From the human T2T-CHM13v2.0 reference genome, Homo sapiens, in the NCBI RefSeq assembly GCF_009914755.1, contig NC_060927.1: a stretch of 64,000 nt of DNA. One strand, written 5' to 3'. Position 1 is the first letter of the stretch. Every line of letters starts with the position of its first letter. Below the pieces are notes generated by a model that saw nothing but the letters and a program-made list of their open reading frames with translations, did no database searches and had not been told where the DNA came from. The position numbers and the translations under genes are program-made. Shown here piece by piece: positions 14,497-27,994 of this stretch.

Positions 14497-15975
14497 TTTT
14501 ATTTTATTTATTTTTATTCATATGGGTAGAGAGTAGGTGTATATAATTATGGGTGTATATATTTCTAGGGGACATGAGATATTTTGATACAGCCATACAA
14601 TGTGTCATAATCGCATCAGGGTAAATGAGGTATCCTTCACATCACCTCAAGCATTTATCATTTCTTTGTGTTAAAAACATTCCAATTATACTTTTTTAGT
14701 TATTTTTAAATGTACAATAAATTTTTGTTGGTGGTAATCACCTTGTGCTATTAAATACTAGATCTTATTCATTGTATCTAATTATTTTTTGTACCTAATA
14801 ACCATCACAACTTTCTCCTCCCCACTACACTTCCCAGCCTCAAGTAACCATCATTCTGCTTTCTATCTCCATGAGTTCAATTGTTTTAATTTTTAGCTCC
14901 TATAAATGAGTGAGAACATGCAAATTTTGCCTTTCTGTGCCTGACTTATTTCACTTACATAATGTCCTCCAGCTCCATCAGTGTCATTGCAAATGACAGG
15001 ATCTCATTCTGTTTTATGCCTGAATAGTACTCCATTGTGTATTTTTAGCACATTTTCTTTATCCATATATCTGTTGATGGACACTTAGGTTAGTTCCAAA
15101 ATTTGTCCACTGTGAACTGAGCTTCAATAAACATGAGAGTGCAGATATCTCTTCAATACACTGATTTCTTTTATTTTGGGTACATACCCAGTGGTGAGAT
15201 TGCTGAATCATATGATAGTTCTCTTGATAGTTTTTTGAGGAACCTCCATACTGTTCTCCATAGTGGCTGTACTAATTTACATTCCCACCAACAGTGTTCA
15301 AGCATTCACTTTTCTCTACATCCTTGCCAGTATTCATTATTTCCTATCTTTTGGATAAAAGCCATTTTAAATGGGGTGAGGTGATATCTCATTGTAGTTT
15401 TGATTTGCATTTCTCTCATGATCAATGATGTTGAGCACCTTTTCATATGCCTATTTGCCACTGGTATGTCTTAAGAAATGTCTATTCAGATATTTGGCCT
15501 ATTTTAAAACTGGATTAGTAAATTTTTTTTCCTATTGAGATATTTGAGTTCCTTATATACTCTGCTTATTAATTTCTTGTCAGTTGGATAGTTTGCAAAT
15601 CGTTTTCCCATTCTCTGGGTTGTCTCTTCACTTTGTTGATTGTTTTCTTTGCTATGCAGAGCTGTTTGACTTAAGTATTTAATTTATTTTTAATTGATTT
15701 TTGTATATAATGAGAGATAGGGGTCTAGTTTTATTCTTCTACATATGGCTATTCAGTTTTCCAAGAACCAGTTATTGAAAAATGTGTCCTTTCCACAGTG
15801 TATGTTCTTGACACTGTTGTCGAAAATGAGTTCACTAGAGATGCATGAATTTATTTCTGGGTGTCTCTTCTGTTCCATTGGTCTGTTTTTATGCCAGCAC
15901 CATGCTGTTTTGGTTATAATAGCTCTGTAGTATAATTTGAAGTCAGGTAACATGATTCCTCTAGATTTCTTCTTT
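14497..15975 (-). mobile_element. L1MA2/3-like 3' portion (3'UTR and ORF2 end)
   Basis: T-rich tail, 'tcacctcaagcatttatc' 3'UTR, ORF2 C-terminal remnants (MLPDFKLYYRAI.TKTAW.WHKNR). Confidence 0.92.
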
Positions 15976-16325
15976 TTTATTTTCTTGTCTGAGGGGTACC
16001 CTCAGGATAATGGAGGGTCCCTTAAAAGTAATCCGCTGCTCATAATTTTCAGATGCAACTTTAAATAACTCCTAAGAAATAAGGCTGACTTAAGCGTAGA
16101 CTTGCTCAACTGAATGAACACAACAGCTCAACTTTTTCGTAAGCTTTTTAACCTTTCTAGTCATATAGTTCCCTAAGGGTTGTATGACTCTCTTTTTGGA
16201 GGTTCAGTGGCATTTCATTAATTATGTATTACATAATAAACAATGCCATACCAGATACTGTGTGCTTGGATTCATTGTTGGAATAATTCACAGAATATAG
16301 CATCCACCATGAGGCCATGATTTGA

Positions 16326-16673
<348 letters not shown>

Positions 16674-17451
16674 TGATGTAACTGGTTGCCAGTCAAAGAT
16701 CAAATTCTCAGGTATAACCAAGACTAAAAAGAGAATTGCAATGCTATTCTTAATATTTTCTTTCCATCCATTCAACCAGATGACTGGTTGCATATTTATT
16801 ATTTCTTTATGATGCATGAAAACAGGTATGTTAAAACAGTAATGATGACCAACAACAGAAACATCCAATAAGGCTTTGAACTTCCCTTGTTAAAAAACCA
16901 TGTTAGCTGTAATTGTATAACCTTATAAGTCTCCTGAAATTACTTTAGCTCTTAGAGCACCTCCCACCGCCCCCCCGCCGACACACACACATTCTTTTGC
17001 ACAGGTTGACTCTAAAGGCAGGTGAAAGTAATACCTTTAAAAGATCTTCCTTGTTTGTCCAGTCCTACTACCTCTGCATTCAGCAAAACAAAATGAAAAA
17101 TAGAGGTAGGAAAGATAAAGGATTTTGTAACCGTATCATCCCCATTCTATTATCCTTGCCTCCAGATCCCAGAATTTTTGCAATATAATATTTTCCAATT
17201 CAACAGCACAGAAATCCATCACCTTGCGATGTTGTTATGCCCATCCATGTTTGATTCATATTAGCCACCATTTGCCACAGAGTTTCATAATGATATTGTA
17301 TATAGATATACAGGTTACATGTGAGCCCATCATTTGTGCCTCTGGATGTAGGAGAAAAGGTTACTGACCTGTATTTTTACATCAATAACAGACGTTACTT
17401 TAACTGCTGATTTTGCCTGTTAAGGATCTCAATTCTAAGAATGTTATAGAA

Positions 17452-18060
17452 ATTTTTTATAAATTAGTTAATGATTTTTAGAGAAGTTTTAGGGTTACAG
17501 AAAATTGAGCAGGTAGTACAGAGCGTTCTCACATATCCGCACCCCCAGCCCTTTTCCCTTAGTATTAATACCTTGCATTAGTATGGTGCATTTGTTAAAA
17601 TTGCTGAGCCAGTATTGATACATTCATATTAACCAAAGTTCATAGTTTACATTAGGGCTTACTCTTTATGTTCTACGGTTCTATGATTTTGACAAATGCA
17701 TAATGTCATGTATCCAGTATTACAGTGTCATCATATAGAATAAGAATAGCTTCACTGCTCCAAAAATACCCTGTGCTTCATCAATTCATCTCTTCCCTTC
17801 CACTTCAGGCAACCACTGACCTTTTCACTGTCTCCATAGTCTTGTCTTTTTCAGAATGTCATATGTTGAAATCATACTGTATGTAGCTTTTACAGACTGG
17901 CTTCTATCATTAAGCAGTATACATTTCAGGTTTCTCCATGCCTGTTCATAGTTTGATAAGTCATTTCTTTTTATCACCAAATAATACAACACTCTCTGGT
18001 TGTAACACAATTTGTTTACCCTTTCATCTATTGAAGAACATTTTGACAGCTTCCAGTTTC
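17452..18060 (-). mobile_element. L1MC-like 3' fragment
   Basis: 'ttttagggttacagaaaattgagcaggtagtacagag..catagtttacattagggc..ggcaaccactgacc'. Confidence 0.8.
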
Positions 18061-19196
18061 TGCCTAACCATTTTTACTTACAGCCACTTAATTCCACTTC
18101 CAATCAACCTGCTACTATACCACTGGAAGAACAGGTAATTCCCATGGATGTTGTGCTTCTTAGTACATTTTTGCACTCTGGCAGTGAGATATGCTTTCCT
18201 CTGGTGGTATCCAGTCTTTGTGGGTGGCAGAAATGTTCCATAATCCATTATTGCACAACCCCTAATGGTTTTCTCAGCTGCAACATTGCTCACAAGGTAA
18301 GTGCTACACAAAGTAGAATTACATATTCCGGACTAAGACAAAACTGGGCAAAAGTTCAATTATTTTGCCCTATCCAATACAATGTCTTCACTTTTGCCTA
18401 TTGTGCAGAATAACCATAACTTCTTTAACCAAGTTCTAATGTCCACTGGGCAAATGGAGGATTTATCTCATTTCAGATATCTCATACCTCGTATGGAATT
18501 TCAGAAAGTTCCATCAGTCAACTGGGCAGCTTTCTTTGATTTAGCACAAAGAGAAACATAACTTTAGGTTTACCTAGAAGGGCTATCAGTTTTTCTGGAA
18601 GCTCTATCATCAGTCCACAAGACAGATCTTCACTGTGCTCATGGATGCTACATGTTCTTCCCAACCTTCCAATGTTAGTGTCTTTCTGTACATTCTTCTC
18701 ATTAGTAAGTTCTGAGGAGCTTCTCTGTTTTTATGGGCATGTCTCTGTTCTTATCAAGGATATATTATTTATTTCATTTTTTGGAATTATTTTTAAGTGT
18801 TTTTACTTCTAATCACTATGAAGAAGAAAGTTATAAGGAGCAAATAATGAAATATTTACAAACATTACAGAGATTTTATCTCAATAAATAAAATTTATCT
18901 CAAATAAAAGACTCAAGAATAAATAATTTTGCATGTATATCAACTCTCTTATTTGAATTATGTTTACTCTTGATAGTGGAGTACATTTGACTATATATCA
19001 TAAATATTAATTTGAAATAAAATATATAAGCTATTCACACAGATAATTTTGAGTCAGGGCTATTATGGTATATTAAAGTTAAAATTGCAGATAATCCTAA
19101 TAATTCAACATTTTAGCTATTACACAAAAATGGCTATTAGAAAAAATAAAATGTTTAAATGCTATTCAAGGGCCATTCGACAGATCGTTTTAGAGA

Positions 19197-19573
19197 AACT
19201 TTAAAAAATTGAGGTATAATTTTTATTCATTAAAATGCATAAATGATTTTAAATATATAGTTTTACTTTTGACAATGCAGACACCTGGGTAATCCACACG
19301 CCTATCAAGATGTAGGAGTTCCCTCTTGCCTTTTCACATTTGATCCTTTTCGCTAGCAGAGACTACCACTCTTCTGATTTCTACCATCGTGATCTGTTTG
19401 CTTGTTTCAAAACATTGTATGCATGCAATTATACAGTAGGTACTATTTTGTGTCTAGCTTCTTTTACTCAGCATAACTGTTTCTAGATTCAACCATGTTT
19501 TCAAGTGTATCGGTATTCCATTCCTTCCTGTTTCCAAATAGTATGCCATTATATGAATTTTTCACAAATGTTT
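19197..19573 (-). mobile_element. L1MB/ME 3' fragment
   Basis: 'ttgaggtataattt..aaaatgca..ttttgtgtctagcttcttttactcagcataa'. Confidence 0.75.
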
Positions 19574-20211
19574 CCCTGGTGTCCTGTTGGATTTTCTCCA
19601 AGTTTTGTTTCATGTTGGAGAGTAAACCTGGCTCAGTTACTCCATCCTGTTTGGAAGCAGTGGCCTATTTAGCTTTAAGAAAATACTGGTTAAAACGCAC
19701 AGCATCACGATGGCAATCTTGTGACTTTCAAGTGACACTGTATATCCCAAGCCTATATTGCTCAAAGATGTGTTTGATCATGGGACATAAGACTGACTTA
19801 GGCAAGATCCAACTGAACTCAAGAAGCCCTTTATTCATGAGGTCCTTTCAGCTTTCATACCTTTTTGGTTGTTGCTAGTCCGTTAGAGATTATAAAATAA
19901 GCAATTTTGAAAACCCAACTATAGTGTACTTGGACGCTTATTTGGAATAGTGGAGCATACATAGCAATGTAAAAAAAAACTTTTAGTTTAGATCTGGTAT
20001 ACTTCTATATATTTCTTGTGTTTGTTGATTTTGAAAGGATTTTAACCAAGGATCAAAGTCTTAGGCATCTGTAAGCCCAGAGACGTGGCAACCATGGGAT
20101 TGTCACTTGTATCTCCTTTCAAAATATAACCTGCTCTTCAACTGCAAAGAGTTAAGCTAGACTCTATGTGTTAGTTACCGCAGGATCTACTTCAGCATTA
20201 AAGAAAATGTA

Positions 20212-20396
20212 AGAAGTACATGTGTGGTTTTGTTACATGAATATATTGCATAGTGGTGTAGTGTAGGCTTTTAGTGTATCTAGCACATGAATAATATACA
20301 TTGTACCCATTAAGTAATTTCTCACCCCTCACCCCTCTCCTACCCTCCCACCCTTTCCAACCTCTAATCTCTATCATTCCATTCTCTATGTCCATG
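20212..20396 (-). mobile_element. L1PB-like 3'UTR fragment
   Basis: 'ttttgttacatgaatatattgcatagtggtg..cattgtacccattaagtaatttctca..ctctatgtccatg'. Confidence 0.8.
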
Positions 20397-20399
20397 ATC

Positions 20400-20670
20400 T
20401 TTTGAGCTGAGCTTCACTCTTCCAGGAAAAGCCCTCACCAATAAGCTAGTGCAGTGGGGGTCGTAAGGACGACCCACTTCTGCCCAATGCCGGACTCTTC
20501 TGTTGGGCAATCTGTGCTCTGGAACTTCTTATTGGGCTGTTTAAGATGATCATATCTGCACATGGTTAGAAAGTCTCCTTGTCCCTCCTCTCCCCAAATA
20601 CCCAATCCCATTTCTTTTACTTCAAGCCCAATTCTATTCACTTTCTATTGTCTGTGGCATGTCCTATCTG
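20400..20670 (+). mobile_element. LTR16-like ERVL LTR fragment
   Basis: 'gcccaatgccggactcttctgttgggcaatctgtgctc' resembles the LTR16A/B consensus as recalled. Confidence 0.45.
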
Positions 20671-21892
20671 TTCAACTTCATAAGGAAGTAAAAGGAGAGT
20701 ATACATATGAAGCCTGGAATCTTTCTTCCTGATTTAACTGGGTCTTGCAGGAGGCAGGTGAAGCTGACCCAGGAAGAGTTAAAAGTGCAAGAAGTTGATT
20801 GGGGAGGAAAGAGGACACCAGTAAAAGAAAAAAAAAAACCATTGAAATAAGCAGGAAATGTCTTTGGAATATGTGTAAATTTAGCACTAACAACTCTGGA
20901 AAAAAATGAAAATGAACCTGTGGCATCTAGAAAAATATTAACTGCTCTCTACTTAAAAACCTCACAATTTGATTATTTCTACAAGACATTCTTGTAAGTA
21001 TATTATTGCAAGATCTTGAAGCTTCATAATGAGGTCTGTATTTTCACTAAAAATTTTACCCTGTATAGTAAACTAAAAATGTTACCTCTGGTTCCACAGA
21101 GTCTTCTGTGATGTATTGGTTTAAAAACTAAAGAAGGGCAAAATAGTGCAATTGTTTTTATTAGCTTAGGACCTTTGAAGACATAATGCAAAAGAAACTA
21201 TTGCAAGTGGCATTGTTACAAGTGGATTTCTCAGCATAATTTTTACTTGAAAGTCCCAGTGAAAGAATTTTAAGGCACTAAAACTCCAAAACAGACTTTT
21301 CCTTCATGAAACATTTAATGTAATCCCTCAATCCCAGAAGTTTCTTTATATTTATTAAAATTCTGAATGGAAACTCTGAACTCATTAGCTTTTACCATTT
21401 ATCCCTTATTTTCTGGGTGAGTACTGTAATCAAAATTAAATTTGCTTTGAAATGCCTTGGTAATGTAATAACACATTGCAAGGGTAAATTCCTCATAGTA
21501 TACCTCTTCAGAATCTTCAAATCTCCTAGCATTGAATGCATGTCTCAAGTGCCTAATAATTATATGTGGTTTTGTGCTAAATATGATAGAAAGCTGGTTA
21601 TTCATTCTTCTTCATTCATTTGTTCCTTTATTCATGTATTCAATAAGCATGTATTTAGTGTGTTCATGATGTATCAATTAATTAGTATCTAGAGATATAG
21701 TTCCTGACTTTCAATAAGCAATTAAATACCCCTGCTTTTTTTTCCTTCAGAGCCTAAAATGGTATTAAATTATGTTGCTTTCATAATTTATATAAAATTG
21801 TAAATTGAGTGCACACAAAAATCCTGTCATGTTTAATAATCTTTACATATCTGCATAGCCCTGAAAGACATATAAGCCTAATGATGTTGTGT

Positions 21893-21943
21893 TATATATA
21901 TATATATATACACATATATGTGTGTGTGTGTGTGTGTGTGTGT
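21893..21943 (+). repeat. (TA)n(TG)n compound microsatellite
   Basis: Direct inspection. Confidence 0.95.
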
Positions 21944-22899
21944 ATAAAATTTAGTTATATGCAAGTTGTCTTTCTGCGCTTTCCCAGATCTAGGAAATCT
22001 TGGCTTGATATTGTCTGGTACCGGTTTAGTGAAGGGCTTACCTTTATGACATCATCAACTGTATAGACACCTAAAGCTGCATCCTTGTATCTTCCATTTT
22101 TGGTGGGTTTAAAGACTAGCTGAGGTTTTGAGTTAATATGGTTTCTGCAATTTGGGTTTGATGGATGTAGTGTTCTCAGGGGACTGATAAATTTAGAATA
22201 ACTGGCTGATGGCTAGGGTTTTCATGGTTCACCTGAAAGGAGTAAAGAAAGGTGACTGGTTTCCAATTTTCACAAAGCTCCCTGGCGAAGGAAAAAAAAT
22301 AGTCCTCTCTATTAAGGGAGCTTGAAGTATGAAAATCTCATCAGGAACTCCTTTGTGGTCTTTTTCTATTTTCCCTCTCACGTTGTTTGGTTTTCATATT
22401 GGACTTCAAGGCCAATGACTTTTGAATTCAAAAGTCAAAGATTTTCCGCTCTTTTTTTTCCCGTTCATGTCTGGTGCTTTAGGGAAGAGATTAGCATGGA
22501 GGTTCTTGGAAATACGCATAGGAATAGAACACGTTTGTTTAAGGAAAGACAATGAATACATACCCCTAAATATCATAATTCCATATTGTTCTAGCAGCTT
22601 ATTGAAAATTTTTGGCTATAAAAGTTAAAATGATCACCTGATTTTGTAAATAAGCATCACAACTACCAAAAAAAAAAAAAACTCATGTAATTGATTTCAT
22701 GTTACTCAAAAACATCCATAACTCATGTTTACTTTGAAGTTCATATATTTACATAGATTACAATATTCAGATGTGCTTTCCTGGTGTAATGGTTTAAAAA
22801 TATAGCTTTTTCGTTTATTTTAAAGTTAGGTCTTGAAAGATATACATGAATGCCTAGATATTAACAAAAATTATTGTGGAATAACAGAAAGGAAGTAAA

Positions 22900-23828
22900 T
22901 GCATAACACATGTATGAAACCAACCTCCAGATCAAGAGATTGAACTGGGCCTGCGTCTTAGAGGACTCTATTGTGCCCCCTTTCTATATTAGTCAGGATT
23001 CTACAGGGAAACAATTCAAGTAAGATTTATATGTAAACAGAATTTTGTATGATATTGCCTCACATAATTACGGAGATGGAGAAGACCCATGACCTGCTGC
23101 CTACAAGCTGGAGACCCAGGAAAGCTGGGGATGTAGTTCAAAGGCCGAGAGCCAGAAGGCCTGGGTGTATATTCCAGTCTGAGTCTGACTGCCTGAAAAC
23201 TAGGAGTACCAAGAGTATGAAAAGATATGTTTCAACTCAAGCAGTCAGGAAGAGAGCCAGCAAATCCAACTTTCCTTCAACTCTTTTGGTTGTATTCAAG
23301 TCCTCAATGGATTTGATGTTGCCCATCCACCCACAGTGGAAAAGGCCATCTGCTTTACTCAGTACAGCAGTTCAAATGCTAATCTCTTCCAATGAAAATA
23401 TTTCTTCCAGAAACACCTTCATAGGCACACTCAGAAACAATGTTTATTCAATATCTGGACATTCAGTTCTCCAGTCATGTTGACCCATGACAGTAACTAT
23501 TGTGCCTTCCAATGATAGTCACTCTCTTCACAAGAGTAACCCTATCTTGACTCTTGACTAGTTTTACCTGTTTTAGATTATACATACATGAAATTATCTT
23601 TTTTGTGTCTGGCTTTGTTACTCAATGTGATGCTTGTTATTTTTATTGATATCATTGTGTGTGGTATGTGGTATTCTAGTGTGTGACTGTATATGGTCTG
23701 TTTATTATGATCACAGTAGATGAATATTTTCTTAGTTTTCTGCTTGGAGCTATTGCACCCAGTTCTATGAACATTGTTGCACATGTTTTGCCGTCATTTC
23801 TGGTGGGTGTACATCAGTGGAATTCCTT
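22900..23828 (-). mobile_element. L1ME 3' fragment interrupted by MLT2
   Basis: L1-like sequence on both sides of the MLT2 ('cagatcaagagattgaac' then 'ttttgtgtctggctttgttactcaatgtgatg'). Confidence 0.6.
22985..23504 (-). mobile_element. MLT2B-like ERVL solo LTR
   Basis: 'tatattagtcaggattctacagggaaaca..caagctggagacccaggaaagctgg..ttcaaatgctaatctcttcc'; 5-bp TSD-like CTTTC / CCTTC. Confidence 0.88.
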
Positions 23829-25929
23829 CATTTGACGTCCAGTTTAGGTATTATATGACTGTTTTGAATCAGCCCCAAGGTGAAAAATAATCCAAAAGTG
23901 TCAGTGTGAAATTTTGCATATGTAACACGTACATAGTTAAGGTTTGTGTTCATGTGTCATACATTATAGTCTCTCCCATCTTAACTTTATACTTTTCTTT
24001 ATTATCCAATCATTAATTCACGTATTCAAATTTTAATTCTTACAATGCTTACTGAACATATAATGTGTCTAGTTTTAATGAATGCAAGACAATTCATTAA
24101 AATAAGAAATAAAATTAGATGGGCTTCCTAGTAAACCACATTAAATTGGTCACAACTTTTATTTTTCTCTCTGCAAAAACTGCAAAAATATAAAGTAACA
24201 GATAGTGTATTTATCTATACAAACTGCGAGAGCAAGTGAGGAGGCAAAATAACAAAGGAGATTTTGGTAACATTTAAAAGCAGAAAAGAGATGACTAGCT
24301 TTGTGAAACTAGGAAACAGTAATTCCTGTAGAGCTAGATGCTGAGTCTAAGCAAGCCATTTTGCCCACAAAAAGAGGAGCAGTTGGAGACACAAGACACC
24401 CTAGAATACTAAGGTCAGATACAGAACTGAAAATGGAGACATTATTTACATGTCTTTATATAGAGCGACAGGAGCCTCATCTCTGGTTTCTCACAATTAA
24501 GGGATATTCTTGCCTCCACCTCCACTCTTAGCAGTAATCCAGAAGTTCCTTCTCTGGAAGACTGAATCCACAGATTAGCATTGTGGTCTCCATTTACAAC
24601 AAAGAGTACAGGTAAGTGTGGGGGCCTAACATCAAGGAGTTGGTGAAAGATGAAAATGATTCACAATCATGTCCTATTTTCTACTCTGCCCTCAAAATGC
24701 TGCAATACAGGCATATTAGTTTTCCAATCCCTATTGTTCCTTTTCAAAGCACGATACTGAAGGATTATTTTTCCCTGAAGAAGCAGAAATTCCTGAAAAG
24801 GAAGGCATTGTATGATCTGGCACAGATTATGGCACAATCCCCAATAAAACCACAGTGAAGACCATCAGATGACAAGTCCCAGGAAAGTTCACAGAGTTTC
24901 CCACTGGACTGTTCATACATAATATCCAATATGACTGGAAAATCAATTTTATTGAAGATAATAAAAAAGGGCTCAAAATTGTAAATTGAACTGAATCGGG
25001 TGGGTTTTTCACACTATGAACACAGGAAAAATTGTCTTGATGTATTGGAAAAATGGCACAAGAAATGCAAAATATAATTTGTAATAGGTCATAGAAATAC
25101 TAGAGGTTAAGTATTGGCAGTATCTTTAGACACCATATTAGTCTAGTTTCTTTTTTAGTGCCAGGAAACTGAAGTGACTTGTCCAAATTTGAAAAGCCTG
25201 GAAGTTGACATAGCTATAGTTTATTTCTTACATAAATTGCATGTATCCCCTAATAGATATTTTCAAAAATGGTGATTATATCTTATAAAAATAATCAAAC
25301 AGGTACTTCTTTCACTTTCCTCTCCTACTGTACTTTATATAACAGAGGATGAGAATTTTGATAATAAGTGTGAAAATATAGTCTGGTTGTACACTTAGCA
25401 TAAAACAGTCATGGCAAAGAGGCAGAAATACATTTAAGGAGGACATGAGTAAGAATGAGAACAGAAACAAATTCTCACTGTGAGTCTAATCCAGCACAGA
25501 AAAACTCCTTGCATCTCAGGTTAGAGGGAGGCAAGATGAAATTATCACAACTTTACATGTTTTAAGAAGTGTATTGGTAGCAGAAGCCACACTGTGGGAA
25601 ATCCTAGTAATTCCTGTCTATGACATAAGGTTTCACCACTTCTTGCAGTCATTGTTTTCCGGATTGCTTACTTTGAGGGAGGGGCAGCTTGACACAGAGG
25701 ACAACAGCACAGATTCTCAAAGCCCTGGGAACAGGTGAAATGATGCTGGCAGCCACAGAAATATGTGTGCGGAATGTTCAGTGGTGCAGTGTTTCTGCAG
25801 TTACTCTGTGTGTTAGCAAAGGAAAATCAGTTAGCTATTCCTTTAGCTGGAAAGAAAAATTGAGAGGACACATGAAAATTGTGGTCTAATCATTTGAAAT
25901 TTTATTATAAATCTACAATGGTGACTAAG

Positions 25930-26305
25930 TAGTTTAGCTAAGATAGACTTGGTAATTTTGCAGTAATAGACTTCAAAATCTCAGTGGAAAAACACAGCAA
26001 ATACACTTGCTCACACAAATTCTACCATGGATCTGAGAAACTCTCCTCTATTACGACTCAGTGATTCAAGGTGTTCTGTCCTATAGCACCTCCATCTCAA
26101 CACACCCTTCTGTTATTGCAGTAGAATAGCAGGAAAAGAGAATTCTGATGTGTTTCTTGCTGACAATCAAATGTCATGGATGAGAAGTAACACATGTCAC
26201 TTCCTATCACAGATGATCGGCCAGATACAGTCAAATAACCACCTGACTTCCAGGAACCAAAAAGTGCCATCCTTCTGTGAGCAAAAAAAGAAAGATCTGA
26301 ATGCA
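25930..26305 (-). mobile_element. Old MLT1 (J/K-like) LTR
   Basis: 'tgcagtaatagac..aaaatctcagtgg..gaagtaacacatgtcacttcc'. Confidence 0.6.
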
Positions 26306-26673
26306 ACTATTGCTCAAAAGCTCTAGTATACCTGGTAAATTATCTATATTGGCTGTAAAAGGAAAGATTTACCAGAAATAATTAATGGAACTTATAGAAT
26401 CAGTGAAGAAATAAGTAAAATGCATAATATTTTCTTCAAATGATTATATTGTGAAGTTGCTGATATTTTCATGTGCTTAAGGGAAGAAAAGCTCCTGAGA
26501 CTTTAACAGAGCACAATCTGTGAGAAACAGAGAAAATCAATTAATAAATAGAAATTAATGAAGGAAATGATTCATTTGTTAAATTTCTGAAGCTCCATAA
26601 TGGATTGCTGTGAGATGTTATAATATCTTAGACCTGAAGTTTTCCAAAAATTGCTCTATAAGACGGTATTTCA

Positions 26674-27039
<366 letters not shown>

Positions 27040-27068
27040 TCAGTAGGGTCTACCTTCAGGATGGCTAG

Positions 27069-27101
27069 TGGGTTTATAAGCATGAGCCACTGCACCTGGC
27101 C
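27069..27101 (-). mobile_element. Isolated Alu 5'-end fragment (33 bp)
   Basis: Reverse complement GGCCAGGTGCAGTGGCTCATGCTTATAAACCCA. Confidence 0.75.
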
Positions 27102-27261
27102 AGATTGTATTTTCATTGTAAGTGTGGGAGCAATGCTTTTTTCCAATGTTCTACATTCTAGGTAGGCTCTTGATGTCTTTGTGAATTTGCTTTTGATCTT
27201 CCCTCTCTCTCCTATCCTACACACACAAAATAAGCTGCAGTTCTAGCTTTTTGTTAAACAA

Positions 27262-27739
27262 TATATTAGTTTTTTATTGCTGTATAAGAAATTACATCAA
27301 ATTTAGCAGCTCCTTTAAGTGTCCGTAGGCTTAACTCAAGGTGTCAGCTGGGGCTGCAATGTCGCAGCTGAGACAATGGGTTCACTTCCAAACTTACTGA
27401 GCCCTGGTGAAATTCAGTGACTTGCCACTGTAGGATTGAGGCTCTCAGTTGTGAGAGGCCACCAGCTCCTCCTCGACTCATGGTCGTCTCTATAACATAA
27501 CAATTTACTTCTTTGAGGCCAAGAAGAGAATCTCTCTCTCATCTGCTGCAAGGGAGTTTTATACAGAGTAATATAATTACCAGAATGATTGTCTCATCAC
27601 CTTTTCCACGTAATGTTAACTAATCAAAGGAGAGACAGCATCACACTCACAAGTCCCACGCACTCTCCAGAAGAGGGCGTTGTACAGTGCATGAAAAGGG
27701 AGCAGGGATCACGGTGTCTTCTTAATTCTGCCTATCACA
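27262..27739 (-). mobile_element. MLT1E-like MaLR solo LTR
   Basis: 'tatattagtt..attgctgtataagaaattac..caaggtgtcagctggggctg..aattctgcctatcaca'. Confidence 0.8.
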
Positions 27740-27994
27740 GTTACTGATTTAGCAAGAGATCAAATAGATAGTAAACTGTGCTAATTCTTTATACTAGAAA
27801 AATGATTTTTAAAAAACCTATGTAGTAAACATCTTAAAAATGTATTGAAAAATGTCTTCTAAAATTATTCCAGTAAAAATCAACCTGTAAAAGGCAAGAT
27901 TTTCTTACTTCATGAGTTTTTGACTTTTTTAATAATGACTTAGAATTTTAATACAAATGAAATGAGAAAATAATGAAAAGATTAAAAAGTCTTG

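Noticed and set aside
18140-18720. Possible processed pseudogene or transposase remnant
   Set aside because: Only fleeting peptide resemblances; no colinear match, poly(A) or TSD
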